Counted from the stretch's first letter, positions 9,614 to 19,090 are shown. The stretch is DNA of 64,000 nucleotides from Alphaproteobacteria bacterium UBA2966 (GCA_002348365.1 DEBC01000137.1:21821-85820), one strand, 5' to 3'. Notes: a model not told the origin generated them from the sequence alone. A program made the numbers and translations.

Positions 9614-10360
9614 GTGGGGTTCACTGTGCCGGCAGATGTTCTCGACGTGGATCTTGGTATCGCCGCATTGATTGCCACCACCTCGGGCTTGATCAGGGGG
9701 TTTGCGGGGTTTGGTTCCGCGCTGGTGAACGCCCCGCTGTTCGCCCTGCTGTTCGGCCCGCTGGCGGCCGTTCCCATGTCCGCGATATTCGAATTCGTTG
9801 CGACCGTACAGCTTCTGCCTTCGGTGATCCGCGATACAGACTGGCGATTGAATACCCTGATGGGCCTTGCGGGAATCTGTGGGATACCGGTTGGTGCCTA
9901 CATTCTCGTCAATGCCGACGAAGAAATCATGCGGCGCGTCATCGCCGTCATCGTACTGTTGTTGACCTTCATGGTCATGAAGGGTTGGCGGTTTCGAGGC
10001 CGGCCCAGCGACGTCACATCGCTAGGGGTGGGAGCCGTTACGGGATCCCTTCTGGGGTCCGTCGGCATTGGCGGCATGGTGCCCGGTCTTTATCTGCTGA
10101 CTGCAACGCCGACAGCCGTTATGGCACGCGCAACGGTTATCAGTCTCGGTGTGTTCCTGGCGCCGGTCGCGATCGCGGCCTTTGTCGCATTAGATGTCAT
10201 CGACGAGACCTTGATCTGGCGCATGGCGCTTCTGTTACCCGCGTTCATGATTGCGTCATGGATCGGTGCACGAAGCTTTCGCCTGGTCAGCGAACGCCGG
10301 TTCCGTCGCCTGGTTCTGACCTTCCTCACCGTTGTCGGTTTCGTCACGCTTATCGCGTGA
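9614..10360 (+). CDS. TSUP-family anion exporter (TauE/SafE), copy 2.
   Basis: Colinear paralogue of copy 1, with …SGLIRGFAGFGSALVNAPLF… and a matching C-terminus (…RRLVLTFLTVVGFVTLIA vs …RRAALWLLVVVAVATLVA). Confidence 0.8.
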   Translation: MGFTVPADVLDVDLGIAALIATTSGLIRGFAGFGSALVNAPLFALLFGPLAAVPMSAIFEFVATVQLLPSVIRDTDWRLNTLMGLAGICGIPVGAYILVNADEEIMRRVIAVIVLLLTFMVMKGWRFRGRPSDVTSLGVGAVTGSLLGSVGIGGMVPGLYLLTATPTAVMARATVISLGVFLAPVAIAAFVALDVIDETLIWRMALLLPAFMIASWIGARSFRLVSERRFRRLVLTFLTVVGFVTLIA

Positions 10361-10383
10361 GGATACCTGGCCTGTGCGGGCGG

Positions 10384-10572
10384 CTAGAAATCTTTGGCGA
10401 TCCCATTTCGCTCCCAATCGCCGTAACGAGTCGGCTCTGGCCCCACGGGGCCTCCCTCCTCATCGACCTGCTGCTTCGGTCTTTTCTTGGATGGCAGCGC
10501 TGCAGTTTCGTTCTTCTGATCGTCGTCGGCCTCGGGACTTTGCCCGGAAGGATTTTTCGGTGATGCCATCAT
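10384..10572 (-). CDS. DUF1674-family protein (SdhAF4-like).
   Basis: The C-terminal …GPVGPEPTRYGDWERNGIAKDF is the DUF1674 signature. The ATG-ATG start is at 10567-10572. Confidence 0.6.
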   Translation of the reverse strand: MMASPKNPSGQSPEADDDQKNETAALPSKKRPKQQVDEEGGPVGPEPTRYGDWERNGIAKDF

Positions 10573-10706
10573 TTGAATCTCTGTTGACCGATCGCGGCGT
10601 GGATCGTCGAAAACAAGTATCAGCAATATGCTCTGAAACAACAACAAACCAAGAATCACGAAGTGAGGAAATTGTGCTCAGCGTCGATCAACTCTAATGA
10701 AACACC

Positions 10707-12020
10707 ATGACGTCTGCCTCTGATCCGCGTGCCGCCGCGCTCAATGTCATTGCGGCCGTCTTAAACAAACATCGACAACTCGATGAGGCGCTCGAACACG
10801 CGCTGAACCGTCCCGACTCGCACACTGATCTCGACCGTCGTGATCGCGCGTTCGTTCGCCTGCTCGCCGCAACGGTGCTTCGCCGCCTGGGCCAGCTCGA
10901 TGATGTCCTCGATGCCCTCGTCGATCGCCCGCTACCTCCTCGTCTCACGAAAGTGAGAAACACGCTTCGCCTGGGCGCTGCTCAAATTTTGTTTCTCGAT
11001 ACGCCTCCGCACGCTGCCGTCAATCAGACGGTGGAATTGGCGGGCCGCAAGAGTCCATTCCGTGGTCTGGTGAATGCCGTGCTTCGCCGACTCACCAAGG
11101 AAGGTGAGGCATTGTTAAGGAGTCAGGACGCACCTCGCTTGAATACTCCGGGGTGGCTTTGGCAGTCCTGGTGTACTGCCTACGGAGACTCTCAGGCGCG
11201 GCTCATCGCCGAAGCCCACATGACCGAGCCCCCGCTGGACCTTTCGGTCAAATCGGATGGATCCCGTTGGGCGGCGCGATTGGATGCAGAGGTTCTACCA
11301 TCGGGAACCCTCAGACGAACCGGCGGAGGACTGGTCGAGCAGTTACCGGGTTACAGCGAAGGGGCGTGGTGGGTCCAAGACGTCGCATCGGCCCTGCCGG
11401 CCCCCCTGCTGCTCTCGTCAGTGGATGGAAATCCGAAGGATTTGAGAATTCTCGACGCCTGCGCCGCACCCGGGGGTAAAACCGCGCAGCTGGCCGTCTC
11501 CGGTGCTGCGGTCGATGCCCTGGATATCTCGTCAAAGCGGCTTGAGCGGCTTGAAAGCAATATGCGGCGCCTGAAACTGGATGTGAACCTCACCGAAGCC
11601 GACATGCGCTCGTGGCAGGCAGGGCGGCAATACGCTGCAATTCTCATCGATGCACCGTGCACCGCCACCGGGACAGTTCGACGGCATCCCGATATCCCCT
11701 ACCTGCGCGAACAGTCCGAAGTTGAGCGCCTGGCAACCCAGCAATCGCAAATGATCCATGCCGCGGCCGGAATGCTCCAGCCTGGTGGAGTCCTCGTCTA
11801 TTGCACGTGCTCACTACAGCCCGAAGAAGGGATCAATCAGATTCAGCGCACGCTTGCCACTGAAAAGCTGTTCGATCGATGGCCGATATCCAAGACCCTG
11901 GTGCCCGGATTTGAGGATGCCATCTTGCCCGACGGGGATGTCCAGGTCTTGCCCAGCCACATGCGCGACGCCGGCGGCACCGATGGATTCTTTATTGCGC
12001 GCCTGCGTCGCAGGACCTGA
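10707..12020 (+). CDS. rsmB: 16S rRNA (cytosine967-C5)-methyltransferase RsmB/Sun.
   Basis: NusB-like N-domain plus the SAM-MTase motifs …DACAAPGGKT… and …DAPCTATGTVRRHPDI… with catalytic Cys. Confidence 0.85.
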   Translation: MTSASDPRAAALNVIAAVLNKHRQLDEALEHALNRPDSHTDLDRRDRAFVRLLAATVLRRLGQLDDVLDALVDRPLPPRLTKVRNTLRLGAAQILFLDTPPHAAVNQTVELAGRKSPFRGLVNAVLRRLTKEGEALLRSQDAPRLNTPGWLWQSWCTAYGDSQARLIAEAHMTEPPLDLSVKSDGSRWAARLDAEVLPSGTLRRTGGGLVEQLPGYSEGAWWVQDVASALPAPLLLSSVDGNPKDLRILDACAAPGGKTAQLAVSGAAVDALDISSKRLERLESNMRRLKLDVNLTEADMRSWQAGRQYAAILIDAPCTATGTVRRHPDIPYLREQSEVERLATQQSQMIHAAAGMLQPGGVLVYCTCSLQPEEGINQIQRTLATEKLFDRWPISKTLVPGFEDAILPDGDVQVLPSHMRDAGGTDGFFIARLRRRT

Positions 12021-12069
12021 ACGATGGCTTGCTTGCAGGGGTCCGGGTAAGCTGGTAGGACACCATGAT

Positions 12070-12738
12070 ATGAAGAAAGATGTGCGCGTCGCCCCCTCGA
12101 TACTCGCCAGCGATTTCTCGCGCCTGGGGGAGGAAGTTCGAGCCATAACCAAGGCTGGCGCCGACTTCATTCATATCGATGTCATGGATGGCCATTTCGT
12201 CCCCAACATCACCGTTGGTCCGTCTATCGTGAGGGCCATCAGAGACCATAGTGATCTGCCTTTCGACGTTCATCTGATGATTTCTCCCGTCGATCTGTAC
12301 GTCGAGTCGTTTGCCGAGGCGGGTTCCGACATTCTCACGGCCCATCCCGAGGCCGGACCGCACCTCCACCGAACAATTCAGCTCATCAAGCGGTGCGACG
12401 CAAAGGCGGGTGTGTCGCTCAATCCATCCACACCAGCAGAAGCCATCGGTCCCGTAATCAATGACGTCGATCTGGTGTTGGTGATGAGCGTAAATCCGGG
12501 TTTTGGGGGCCAGATGTTCTTGCACAGTACCTTGGAGAAGATCGCTGCCATACGGCAGATGATCGACTCCTCTGAGCGCGACATCGACCTGGCGGTCGAT
12601 GGTGGAATCACGACCGAAACAGCGGCCCTCGCCGTGGAGGCGGGGGCGGACATGCTGGTGGCTGGCACGGCGATTTTCGAGGGTGGCCCCGAGCGCTATT
12701 CGGAGAACATTCGAGCGTTACGTGACAGCAGCCAATAG
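12070..12738 (+). CDS. rpe: Ribulose-phosphate 3-epimerase.
   Basis: MKKDVRVAPSILASDFSRLGEE…HIDVMDGHFVPN… The ATG at 12070 has a GGTAGGA RBS. The longer ORF from 11758 is read-through. Confidence 0.85.
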   Translation: MKKDVRVAPSILASDFSRLGEEVRAITKAGADFIHIDVMDGHFVPNITVGPSIVRAIRDHSDLPFDVHLMISPVDLYVESFAEAGSDILTAHPEAGPHLHRTIQLIKRCDAKAGVSLNPSTPAEAIGPVINDVDLVLVMSVNPGFGGQMFLHSTLEKIAAIRQMIDSSERDIDLAVDGGITTETAALAVEAGADMLVAGTAIFEGGPERYSENIRALRDSSQ

Positions 12739-12752
12739 ATGACGGGAGTGCC

Positions 12753-14447
12753 GTGTCGTGCGGTAACAGTGTTCGTACAAGCGTTGTTACTGAGGTATTG
12801 ATGGCTCTCAGCGGGTCATCGGCCGGCGTTGCACGCCGGCTCGCCAAACCGATCGCAGAACGGGCATTCACGACGCGGCTTTACGCCCGCAGTCTAAAGG
12901 GTGAGGCGCCGACATCCCTGAGGTGCGAACCCTTGGATCCGGCGCCCGGTGACCCCGACTTTGCCAATGCCCTGTTCCAAGGACGATATGTGTTTGGCGG
13001 CGAGCAGAAATCGGCTCTCAATGAACCTCCCTGGAATCTTCAGGACGCGAGCGAAGCTTGGCACGTTGAGGCCAACAGCTTTGAGTGGCTCGCCGACTTT
13101 CGTGCCACCGAGGCCGAGACGGCCCGGCTCCGCGCACGAGAACTGGTTCGGTCCTGGATTGACCTCAACGAGAAGTGGCAGCCGCTGTCGTGGCGTACCG
13201 ATGTCTTGGGACGCCGTCTGGTCTGGTGGGCTTGTCACGCTGGATTCCTTTGTGACGGGGCGGAACCTACGTTTCGGCGCAATTTCTTCGGCAGTTTCGC
13301 TGCACAGGCGCGACATCTGAACAGATCAGCGGGCTTCTTGATTGACGATGTTTGGAATCTGCCGGCGTTCGTCGGCAGGGTCGTTGCGGAGGGCGCGCTT
13401 TATGGCAAAACCAAGCGTTTTGTAACTGACATGCAGTCACTCCAGGAATTGATCTCACAGGAGGTCGCTCCTGACGGTACGCTGCCATCCCGGAACGCCG
13501 AGGTAGCTCTCAACTCGCTTCGCCTGCTCCTGGCGGCAAAATCGGTGATCGAGAGACTGAATATCGAACTGCCTTCTACGGTGGCGGACACCATCAAACG
13601 AATTGCGCTGGGCCTGAAGTGCTTTCGACATGGGGACGGTCGGTTCGGGGTCTTCAACGCCGGCAATGAAAGCGATCGCGGATATATCGACGCCATCCTT
13701 GCCGCCTCCAAAGCACGAGGTGCGACCCCTTCGGCGTTGCCGCAAGGAGGATTTCACCGCATGTCCGCGGGAAGGACCTTGCTTCTGCTGGATGTCGGCA
13801 AACCGGAGCAGATCCATCCAACAACGCACGCCGGATTGGCTAGCTTTGAGCTCAGCGTGAGTCGTGATCGTGTGATCGTCAATTGCGGTTCCAATGGCGG
13901 CGGTCAATGGCGTAAGGCAGGCCGGGCAACGGCAGCGCATTCGACGCTGGTCGTCTCTGACACCAATTCGATCGACCTCTCGGATCGGGGCACGAAGACC
14001 GAGACAAATCTCTCAATTCACTCAGAGCACCGTGAAGAGGCTGGAAATGCGCTCATCGAGTCCTGGCATGACGGGTATGTGACCCGATTTGGGCTGCGTC
14101 ACGGGCGCGCGATCTACTTGTCAGCCGACGGCAGCCAGATTCGCGGGGAGGACTCACTTACCGCCGTCGGCGAAAAGGGCCGGAACGCCCAGCCATTTGC
14201 CATTCGCTTCCACCTCCACCCTCAGGTAAACACGTCGATCGCCGCAGACGGTGTGTCGGCCCTCCTTCGGCTACCCCACGGCGGCGGCTTGCAATTGAGA
14301 TCGAGCACAAAGATTGCGCTGGAGGAAAGCATCTATCTGGGTTCGTCGGAGGGCGTTCGAGGGTCGCAGCAACTCGTCATTCACGGGCACACCGAGCCGG
14401 CTGGCCAGACCATCCTGAAGTGGGCATTTACGGTCTATTCCCGTTGA
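12753..14447 (+). CDS. Heparinase II/III-family protein, the conserved alphaproteobacterial neighbour of purH.
   Basis: The length and motifs (…GRYVFGGEQK…HAGLASFELSV…) fit heparinase II/III-like proteins. An alternative ATG start at 12801 has a TGAGGT RBS. Confidence 0.65.
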   Translation: MSCGNSVRTSVVTEVLMALSGSSAGVARRLAKPIAERAFTTRLYARSLKGEAPTSLRCEPLDPAPGDPDFANALFQGRYVFGGEQKSALNEPPWNLQDASEAWHVEANSFEWLADFRATEAETARLRARELVRSWIDLNEKWQPLSWRTDVLGRRLVWWACHAGFLCDGAEPTFRRNFFGSFAAQARHLNRSAGFLIDDVWNLPAFVGRVVAEGALYGKTKRFVTDMQSLQELISQEVAPDGTLPSRNAEVALNSLRLLLAAKSVIERLNIELPSTVADTIKRIALGLKCFRHGDGRFGVFNAGNESDRGYIDAILAASKARGATPSALPQGGFHRMSAGRTLLLLDVGKPEQIHPTTHAGLASFELSVSRDRVIVNCGSNGGGQWRKAGRATAAHSTLVVSDTNSIDLSDRGTKTETNLSIHSEHREEAGNALIESWHDGYVTRFGLRHGRAIYLSADGSQIRGEDSLTAVGEKGRNAQPFAIRFHLHPQVNTSIAADGVSALLRLPHGGGLQLRSSTKIALEESIYLGSSEGVRGSQQLVIHGHTEPAGQTILKWAFTVYSR

Positions 14448-14475
14448 ACCGTTCGGTCGAAATGCGGCGCGTTCG

Positions 14476-15741
14476 CTATAAGAGCCAATAGCGTAACGCC
14501 TCGGGCATCTCCACGTGCCGCCACATTCCCTTGATATCGGCGACGAGGCCTCCTCTTGCGACCAGTCGGCTGATCGCTACGGGGTCCAGTTGCGTGTATG
14601 CATCGTGCGCAACCGCACCCACCAGTGCGCCATACCCATCCCCAGAAAGATCCGGCAGTAGTTCCACCCCATAGCGCGCGACGGCTTCTTCTGGCGCGGC
14701 CATGATATCGTGGACGTCGACGGTGTGTCCGCGCGTCTCAAGTTGCCGAACAAGGTCGATAACCTTGGTGTTCCGAAGATCAGGTACGTTTTCCTTGAAC
14801 GTCAATCCCAAGACCAGGACCCGGCACGGCTCTGAAAGCAAATCGGCGATGCAATCGGCAATGAAGACGCCCATTCCGTCATTGATGCGACGCCCCGCAA
14901 GTATGACTTGAGGGTCGTACCCGATCTCCTGCGCGCGGTGGGCCAGGTAATAGGGATCGACGCCGATGCAATGCCCCCCCACCAATCCCGGCTTGAAAGG
15001 AAGGAAATTCCATTTGGTGCCCGCCGCCTCTAGTACGTCATGAGTGGAGATATCAAGCTTATGAAAGATCTCGGTAATCTCGTTGATGAACGCGATGTTT
15101 ATGTCGCGTTGAGCGTTTTCGATTACCTTGGCGGCTTCGGCAGTCCGTATGTCACGTGCGCGATGCAGATTACCGTTGGTGACGCGGCCGTATACCTCCA
15201 TCAGCCGGTCCGTGACCTCTTCGGTCTGCCCTGAAACCACTTTTGTGATCCGGTCGACGGTATGCTCACGGTCGCCGGGATTAATCCTTTCGGGGGAATA
15301 ACCAAGGAAGAAGTCCGCACCACACTTGAGACCAGCAGCCTCTTCCAGTGCGGGCCCACAGATCTCTTCCGTCGCACCTGGATAAACGGTGCTTTCCAGG
15401 ACAAATATGTCACCTGCTTTGAGCTGACTACCCACGAGATCACATGCCGCCCGCACGGCTGTGAGGTCGGGCACGTGGTCGGGCCCGACCGGAGTGGGCA
15501 CGGTTACGATGTGGATCGAACACGCAGCAATGTCCGACGGCTTCGATGTGAGCCGCAACTTCGCAGCGCGCAGAACTTCTGGAGTAATTTCACCCGTTCT
15601 GTCATAGCCATCGTCGAGCTCGGAAACACGGGTCTCATCGATGTCCAGTGCCACCACTGAAAAGTGTCTGGACAACCCGATCGCCAGTGGCAATCCGACA
15701 TATCCGAGGCCAATCACCGAAATCGCACTATCTGAGGTCAT
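14476..15741 (-). CDS. UDP-N-acetyl-D-glucosamine/galactosamine 6-dehydrogenase (TviB/WbpA/WbpO-like nucleotide-sugar dehydrogenase).
   Basis: N-terminal GxGxxG (ISVIGLGYVGLPLA), the catalytic Cys region (…GGHCIGVDPYYL…) and a UDPG-DH C-domain. Confidence 0.85.
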   Translation of the reverse strand: MTSDSAISVIGLGYVGLPLAIGLSRHFSVVALDIDETRVSELDDGYDRTGEITPEVLRAAKLRLTSKPSDIAACSIHIVTVPTPVGPDHVPDLTAVRAACDLVGSQLKAGDIFVLESTVYPGATEEICGPALEEAAGLKCGADFFLGYSPERINPGDREHTVDRITKVVSGQTEEVTDRLMEVYGRVTNGNLHRARDIRTAEAAKVIENAQRDINIAFINEITEIFHKLDISTHDVLEAAGTKWNFLPFKPGLVGGHCIGVDPYYLAHRAQEIGYDPQVILAGRRINDGMGVFIADCIADLLSEPCRVLVLGLTFKENVPDLRNTKVIDLVRQLETRGHTVDVHDIMAAPEEAVARYGVELLPDLSGDGYGALVGAVAHDAYTQLDPVAISRLVARGGLVADIKGMWRHVEMPEALRYWLL

Positions 15742-15873
15742 GACACCGCTTCGTCAGTGACAGGAAATGGCTCAACCCCAACTGATCGGAGCCGCCGCAT
15801 ACTGAGGCGCGCATTCCCAAGATGTCAACGACCAGAAAGGCCAGAAAAGTCGCAGATTCAAAGGAATAATGGC

Positions 15874-15919
15874 TTGACGTTCATCATATGAACAATATAG
15901 CGTTCGCGGCGTGAACGCT
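15874..15919 (+). promoter_or_regulatory. Promoter/operator-like motif TTGACG-N17-ATAGCGTTC-N5-GTGAACGCT, immediately upstream of the locus regulator gene.
   Basis: A -35-like TTGACG (15874-15879) is followed 17 nt later by ATAGCG. The AGCGTTC/GAACGCT inverted repeat (15899-15919) ends 8 nt before the ATG at 15927. A near-identical motif recurs at 37744-37791. Confidence 0.35.
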
Positions 15920-15926
15920 CGCCCAA

Positions 15927-16610
15927 ATGAATTGTGAGCAGAAGGATCAAGTCCTGAACGAAGAGACTTCAGCAGACGGACAACCGATCGACGCAGAGAG
16001 TCGTATCACTCTCGGCCTGCTAAATGCCGTCCATGAGAACAGTGGCGTCTCGCAGCGGTCCCTCTCGAACGAGCTGGGCATCGCGCTCGGACTCACAAAC
16101 GCCTACCTCAAAAGATGTGTTCGTAAAGGCTTGGTCAAAATGGCTCAAGCACCTGCGAACCGGTATGCCTATTACCTTACCCCACAAGGATTTGCGGAGA
16201 AGAGCCGGCTGACTGCCCGCTACCTGAGGCGATCATTCGATTTCTACAGAGAGGCTCGAAATGAATGTGAAGACCTTCTGCGTCATTGCGTGACCAGGGG
16301 CTGGCGGCGGATCGCGCTGGGCGGATTGGGAGAACTTGCAGAAATTGCAGTACTTTGCAGCCTGCAGCATGACGTTCAGCTGATCGCGGTAATTGATGCT
16401 CGCGTTGACCATGGTGAGTTCATGAAGGTGCCGATCAAGTCTTCGGTTGATGCTGCCAGTGAGTTGGATGCAATTGTCCTTACTGACGTGGCTAAACCAC
16501 AACAAACGTACGACACCTTGGCAAGCAAAGTCCCGCCAGGTCGCATTCTGACGCCTCCGCTTCTCAAGGTGTCGCGCACGCAGGGCGCCGAGGGTTCTTC
16601 AGAACAATGA
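15927..16610 (+). CDS. Winged helix-turn-helix (MarR-like) transcriptional regulator with a C-terminal Rossmann-like domain.
   Basis: …ITLGLLNAVHENSGVSQRSLSNELGIALGLTNAYLKRCVRKGLV… wHTH. It is the first gene of the plus-strand glycan operon. Confidence 0.6.
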   Translation: MNCEQKDQVLNEETSADGQPIDAESRITLGLLNAVHENSGVSQRSLSNELGIALGLTNAYLKRCVRKGLVKMAQAPANRYAYYLTPQGFAEKSRLTARYLRRSFDFYREARNECEDLLRHCVTRGWRRIALGGLGELAEIAVLCSLQHDVQLIAVIDARVDHGEFMKVPIKSSVDAASELDAIVLTDVAKPQQTYDTLASKVPPGRILTPPLLKVSRTQGAEGSSEQ

Positions 16611-17113
16611 ACTGCTGGTACGCCGTTTACACCAAAATGCAGCTCGAGGTCTGGGCGAAGAACAACCTCGAGGAGCGCGGATTTGAAGTGTACCTCCCGC
16701 GTTATCTCAAGCAACGCCGGCATGCACGGCGTACCGAAATTGTTCCACATCCCCTGTTTTCGAGATACCTCTTCGTGAACGTCGATATCGACGCAGGACA
16801 CCGGCCACGTGTGAATACGGCGCCCGGCGTCGCATATCTTGTGAGTTTTGGTGACCGTCCGGCGGCCGTCGCGGATGCGATCATTGAAGAAATCAAAAGC
16901 CGCGAGAATGAGGATGGATACGTTCGGTTAGGCCGTGGTCAAAAATTCGCCAAAGGCGACCGGGTGAAAATCAGTGATGGCGCGCTTTGTGATCACGTCG
17001 GTCTCTTTCAAACCGGCACCGATAATGAGCGCGTTGTCATATTGCTCGATCTCCTGGGCCGTTTGACGCGGGTTAAAGTGCCGCTCGATTCGCTCGTTCC
17101 GGGCGATTTTTGA
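16607..17113 (+). CDS. NusG-family transcription antiterminator paralogue (RfaH/UpxY/LoaP-like), locus-specific.
   Basis: NGN domain (WYAVYTKMQLEVWAKNNLEERGFEVYLP) plus a C-terminal KOW-like region (…KGDRVKISDGALCDHVGLF…). The ATGA overlap with the regulator gene is at 16607-16610. Confidence 0.7.
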   Translation: MNCWYAVYTKMQLEVWAKNNLEERGFEVYLPRYLKQRRHARRTEIVPHPLFSRYLFVNVDIDAGHRPRVNTAPGVAYLVSFGDRPAAVADAIIEEIKSRENEDGYVRLGRGQKFAKGDRVKISDGALCDHVGLFQTGTDNERVVILLDLLGRLTRVKVPLDSLVPGDF

Positions 17114-17180
17114 GTGGCATGTCGAATGAAGGCCAGGCCGGGATTCAACCGAATGCACCCGGCGTGCGGCAGCATGAGGA

Positions 17181-18146
17181 ATGATACTCTGCCGCCCAAT
17201 GAAACAGAATGATTTCGTGAATTCGCACTTCGACACCAAACTCGAAACTTTTGGCGCCTGTGAAATCTGCGGCTCAGATGACTGGACGATCGTGTACAAT
17301 GGGCCGGTCCGAGACGGTGAGTTTGGCTCACTAACCGAATCATCGACAATTGCTAGATGCGGAAACTGCACTGCCGACCGGCTTTCGGAAGACGATTGCA
17401 AAGATGAGGCTTTCTATGTCGGAGCGGACTATCGCAAGTCGCTCGGCCAGGAAGCTGACGCGGCGGCATTTCTGCAGAAGCACGAATCCATGCAATTAGA
17501 GAGATTGGAGGTACTGGATCCAAGTCTTCTGCGGAATAAGAAAATTGCCGACATCGGATGCGCGGCGGGAAGCTACCTCAATTATGCAAAGGGATTTGCC
17601 AGGGAAATCATAGCGATTGAGCCGGGAACCGCGTATCACGCATCCCTGCAAGATCGGGGATTCAAGACTTATGGCTTCACGTCAGATGCATTAGAAGAAC
17701 ATAAAGGGACCGTCGACTGGGCGATTAATTTTGAGACCATCGAACACATCGACAACCCTCGCACTTTCTTGACGGAAATTGTGGACCTGTTGAGGCCTGA
17801 AGGTCGCATAGCGATTAGTACCCCCAATAGAGATGATGCCATGCTCGAACTTGCGGGGGAATCGTATCGTCAGTTTTTCTATCGAGTTCACCACAGGTGG
17901 TATTTCGATAAGAATTCGCTGACGGAATGTGCTCGGCTCTGCGGCCTGGAATTGGAGTCTTATAGGTTCATCCAACGCTACAGCATTTCCAACGCGATGG
18001 TTTGGATCAGGGATGGCAGGCCCGGCGGCAACGTGAATATTCCTTGCGTCGATCATCCAATTCTCGATGCAGCGTGGCGACGCCACTTCGAGTCCAACGA
18101 AACTTCGGATTGGCTGTATGCAATATTCAAGCGCGCAGGATCTTGA
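17181..18146 (+). CDS. Class I SAM-dependent methyltransferase with an N-terminal Cys4 zinc ribbon.
   Basis: CEICGSDDW…CGNC ribbon, then …IADIGCAAGSYL… (motif I) and …LLRPEGRIAISTPN… An alternative ATG start is at 17199. Confidence 0.7.
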   Translation: MILCRPMKQNDFVNSHFDTKLETFGACEICGSDDWTIVYNGPVRDGEFGSLTESSTIARCGNCTADRLSEDDCKDEAFYVGADYRKSLGQEADAAAFLQKHESMQLERLEVLDPSLLRNKKIADIGCAAGSYLNYAKGFAREIIAIEPGTAYHASLQDRGFKTYGFTSDALEEHKGTVDWAINFETIEHIDNPRTFLTEIVDLLRPEGRIAISTPNRDDAMLELAGESYRQFFYRVHHRWYFDKNSLTECARLCGLELESYRFIQRYSISNAMVWIRDGRPGGNVNIPCVDHPILDAAWRRHFESNETSDWLYAIFKRAGS

Positions 18147-19090
18147 CCACCAACCTCATAATTTACGTTGGTGCCCCGGAAGGATATGAAGCCGTGCAAG
18201 ACGTGATGCATTGCTTTGGAAAGACGGAGCACGTGCCCGCACTTCAGAAGACAATTGAATCCCATCTGGAGCAAGCGACGGCGCTATTGGATGCTTCGAT
18301 GAAAGTTCGAATATCAGACGGGATGGTACGGAGCGCTCCTGAGCTTCGTGTGATCAGCTGCGCCACGACCGGCTCGGATCATATCGAACGGGCAGAGCTG
18401 AACAGGCGCAAGATTCCTGTGCACACCCTTCGCGAGGATCCCGAGCTGCTGCAGAACATCACACCGGCTGCCGAACTCTCTTGGGCGCTCGTGCTGGCCT
18501 CGGCTCGACGACTCGCGCCGGCGCTCATGCACACCGCAGGGGGCCAATGGAATCGGGAGGAGTTTCCCGGTCTCATGCTCAACGGCAGACAACTCGGTCT
18601 CATCGGATGCGGACGTATCGGGGGCTGGATGTCACGATACGGTCACGCATTCGGCATGAATGTAGTCGGTTATGATCCCCATATCGATCCGTGGCCAGCG
18701 GGTATTGAGCGGCTGACCATCGAGCAAGTGTTTGAGACCTCGGACGTGATCAGCATCCACGTTCATTTATCGGAGGAGACCCGGGGTCTGGTTTCGCCTG
18801 ATTTGATCCAACGCGTTAAGCGGGGCGCAATCCTTATCAACACTTCGCGCGGCGGCATTGCCGACGAAACATCCATTCTTCGGGCACTTGAATCCGGCCA
18901 GCTGGGAGCGGCCGGTCTCGATGTACTCGAAGGCGAGCCCGATATCGGTGATCATCCGCTCGTGGCCTACGCACGCAAGCATGACAATCTGCTCATCACG
19001 CCACATTGCGGTGGATTCAGCCCGGACGCCGTCCGCAGGGTCTGCCATCGCGCCGCCGAGAAAATTCTTCCCTATCTGGACAACGATTGA
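18143..19090 (+). CDS. D-isomer-specific 2-hydroxyacid dehydrogenase family protein.
   Basis: …LGLIGCGRIGGWMS… NAD motif, …LINTSRGGIADE…, …ITPHCGG… The start is uncertain (TTG 18143, overlapping the upstream stop). The first ~45 codons of ORF 18002 are read-through. Confidence 0.65.
   Translation: MTTNLIIYVGAPEGYEAVQDVMHCFGKTEHVPALQKTIESHLEQATALLDASMKVRISDGMVRSAPELRVISCATTGSDHIERAELNRRKIPVHTLREDPELLQNITPAAELSWALVLASARRLAPALMHTAGGQWNREEFPGLMLNGRQLGLIGCGRIGGWMSRYGHAFGMNVVGYDPHIDPWPAGIERLTIEQVFETSDVISIHVHLSEETRGLVSPDLIQRVKRGAILINTSRGGIADETSILRALESGQLGAAGLDVLEGEPDIGDHPLVAYARKHDNLLITPHCGGFSPDAVRRVCHRAAEKILPYLDND

Noticed and set aside
5980-10360. The two TauE genes as terminal direct repeats of a mobile element.
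   Set aside because: Similarity is at protein level only, and they are clearly diverged paralogues. There is no transposase, integrase, inverted repeat or target-site duplication.
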